From contig CALSCO010000763.1 in assembly GCA_943704415.1 (NCBI GenBank), positions 1 to 49,488 of the forward strand: DNA of 49,488 nucleotides, given 5' to 3'. The notes under the pieces were generated by a model. That model saw only the letters and a program-made list of their open reading frames with translations, made no database searches and had not been told where the DNA came from. Each line of letters opens with the position of its first letter. Position 1 is the stretch's first letter. A program made the position numbers and the translations under genes. The stretch is from Parvularia atlantis (taxonomy: Eukaryota). Shown in pieces: positions 47,488 to 49,488 of the stretch.

Positions 47488-49460
47488 TCACCGGCGGCGG
47501 CCACCGAAGCAGAAGCACCCGGGCTCCGCGTTGTCCTGGTCGCGGGGCTCGATTGCGTTGTTGGTCGACGCTCTGTGCGCGCGCGGGTCAGTCAAGCCAT
47601 CCCCCCGCCCGCGCTCACGGCACGCACTTTTGCTTCTCCGGCTTGTTTGGCCGCACCTCGTCCCTCCCCGGCGTCCGGCGCGATGATGACGCCTCGTTCT
47701 CGGCCATCTGTGGCTGCTGCCACCTGTCAGCGCTCGCGCCCCGCACAAGCAGCGACGACGCGTGCCTTGGCGCCGTCCAGCTGCATCCAGTCGTACATGC
47801 CGTCGTCCACCAGGTGCTGCTTCTTCATCACCGTGTTGAAGAGCTTGATCAGGTAGTCGTAGTCCGGCTGTGCTGTGTGCGTGAGCGGCACGGGCTGCAC
47901 GCTCGTGCGGGTGGGCCGCACGCCGCACCTGCTCCTCAAACTTGAGGTGGCGCGCGTACGTCAGGTACTTGGCAAACTCGTCTGCGAGCGGGCACGCGCA
48001 ATCAGCCCACGCGCCGTCACGCACACCATCCAAACGCACCGGGGTAGCCGTGGCACAGCTCGCTGATCGACACCTGCTGCTTCTTCTCGCCAATCTTCTC
48101 GTACTTTTGCTTGTTGGTCGCCGCCTTCAGGCCCTGCCAAGGCAGCCCGCCGCGCAGAAAGTACATGAAGACGTGCCCGAGCGCCTCGAGGTCGTCCCGC
48201 CGGCTTTGCTCTGCGTGTGCGAGCGCGTCAATGCGTGCGGCACGCGGTGAACGAGGGCCGCACCTCGCCCAAGGTGCGTGTTGATGCTCATGTAGCGCGC
48301 CGTGCCCGACAGGCTCTTCTTCTCGCGGTAGGGGATGTGGATCTTCGAGTGCGGGTCGCGGTAGTACTTGGCCATGCCAAAGTCTGCGCGACGCCGCGCT
48401 CAGCCGTCACGGAAACGCAGCCGCGCGCGCCGCACCGATCAGGTACACAAGGCCTGAGTTGGGCCCGCGGCCGATGAGAAAGTTGTCGGGCTTGATGTCG
48501 CGGTAGATGAGGTGCTTCTCGTGGCACGTGCGCACCCGTTGGAGCTGGCGCGGCGCGCGTCAGAGACGGCGTGCACGCACACGCAGTCGCGAGGGCGCGC
48601 ACCATCTGCTTGGCCAGCATGCACACGGTCTTGATTGAGAACGTGCGCGAGCACAGCTCAAACAGGTCCTCCAGGCTCGGCCCGAGCAGGTCGAGCACGA
48701 GCACGTTGTACGAGCTCTCGATGCCGTAAAAGTACACCTGCGGCACACCCTCTGCCGCACCGCACCGCACAGCACCGCGTCAGCCGCGCGCACATCTCTC
48801 CCCCCCCCCCCCCCCCCCCCCCCCCTCGCGCGCCGGCCGCGCGGCCCACGCACGTGACCCGGCGAGGATCTGGTACGTCTTGTACTCGTCGCGCAGCTGC
48901 GGCGCGTCGGTTTTCCTCGGCTCCTGCGGGTGACGTGCCGTGCGTGCGCGTCGTGAGCGTCCGGGGCGCGTTGATGCGCGCGCCGGCCACGCACAAACTT
49001 GATTGCCACCTGCTCGCCCGTCTCGGTGTTGGTGCCTGGTGCGCCGTCGTGTGCGGTTAAGGGGGCGCGGCGACGGGCGAGTGAGGCAGAAAGGCGCGCA
49101 CCCTCATAAATGATCCCAAACGAGCCCTCGCCGATCTTCTTGCCAACGCGGTACCGCTCGCCCACGAGCGACAGCGACGTGCTGCGCCCCGGGTTGGCCG
49201 ACGACTCGGCGCCCTTGACGCGGCCCTGGCGGCGGCGCAGCGCCGTCAATATTTACGGCCCTTCCCTCCGGCCGGCGGGCCATCCCCCGCCGGTCCACGC
49301 GCGGCCACCCCGCGTCCGCGCACGGGCCGCACGGCGGGCAACGCGCCCCACGAGCGTGCCCGCCTCGCGAAAGGAACAGGGAAGGAGGGGGAAAAGCACG
49401 CACCGAGGTCTGCTGTGCGTGCGGGATGCCGCGCATGGTCGACGTGCCGAGCTGCGCCAT
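47488..49460 (-). CDS. CSNK1G: Casein kinase 1, CK1gamma/Yck-type with a C-terminal Cys motif, multi-exon
   Basis: [92 protein letters not shown]; ends [10 protein letters not shown]. The first exon (49404-49460) is inferred and lies near the window edge. Confidence 0.93.
48800..48825. repeat. About C26 homopolymer (G-run on the sense strand) in a CK1 intron
   Basis: Uninterrupted C run on the plus strand. Confidence 0.9.
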
Positions 49461-49488
49461 CGGCCGTGGCGGGGTGGTGGCGGGGGCG

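Noticed and set aside
49226..49283. Alternative CK1 start at ATG 49283 using a 31-nt intron
   Set aside because: Far shorter than the other introns here. The GTGCGT donor at 49403 with ATG 49460 fits the local consensus better, though the alternative is not excluded.
1..49488. Prokaryotic operon, transposon or non-standard genetic code
   Set aside because: Spliceosomal introns occur throughout, no transposase/RT motifs were seen, and TAA, TAG and TGA all terminate conserved proteins normally.

Overview
Eukaryotic nuclear DNA: GC-rich (about 70% by eye), very gene-dense and very intron-rich. I reconstruct 21 protein-coding genes split by roughly 200 short introns (mostly 50-80 nt; donor usually GTGCG; CTGAC/CTCAC-type branch site near a CAG acceptor; little polypyrimidine tract). 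Most intergenic gaps are 40-190 bp. In order: DYNLL/LC8, Chs5-like, RPF2, LYS2, VPS29, ARAP-type ArfGAP/RhoGAP with an extra SH3, STRAP, DJ-1/PfpI family, orphan, PEX11, Rieske FeS protein, GAS7-like, R3HCC1-like, SLC35F, MED15-like, CLEC16A, mL40, GRP94, CCCH zinc-finger protein, PRIM2, casein kinase 1. The mix of fungal-type genes (LYS2, Chs5, Yck-like CK1) and animal-type architectures (ARAP, GAS7) suggests an early-branching unicellular opisthokont (inference). The most notable signals are two tandem ERSE elements (CCAAT-N9-CCACG and CCAAT-N9-CCACC) upstream of GRP94 and at least ten GC-AG introns. Gene spans run start codon to stop codon including introns. They were spliced by eye, and products were recognised from motifs without any database search. 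No convincing RNA gene, transposon or CRISPR array was seen.
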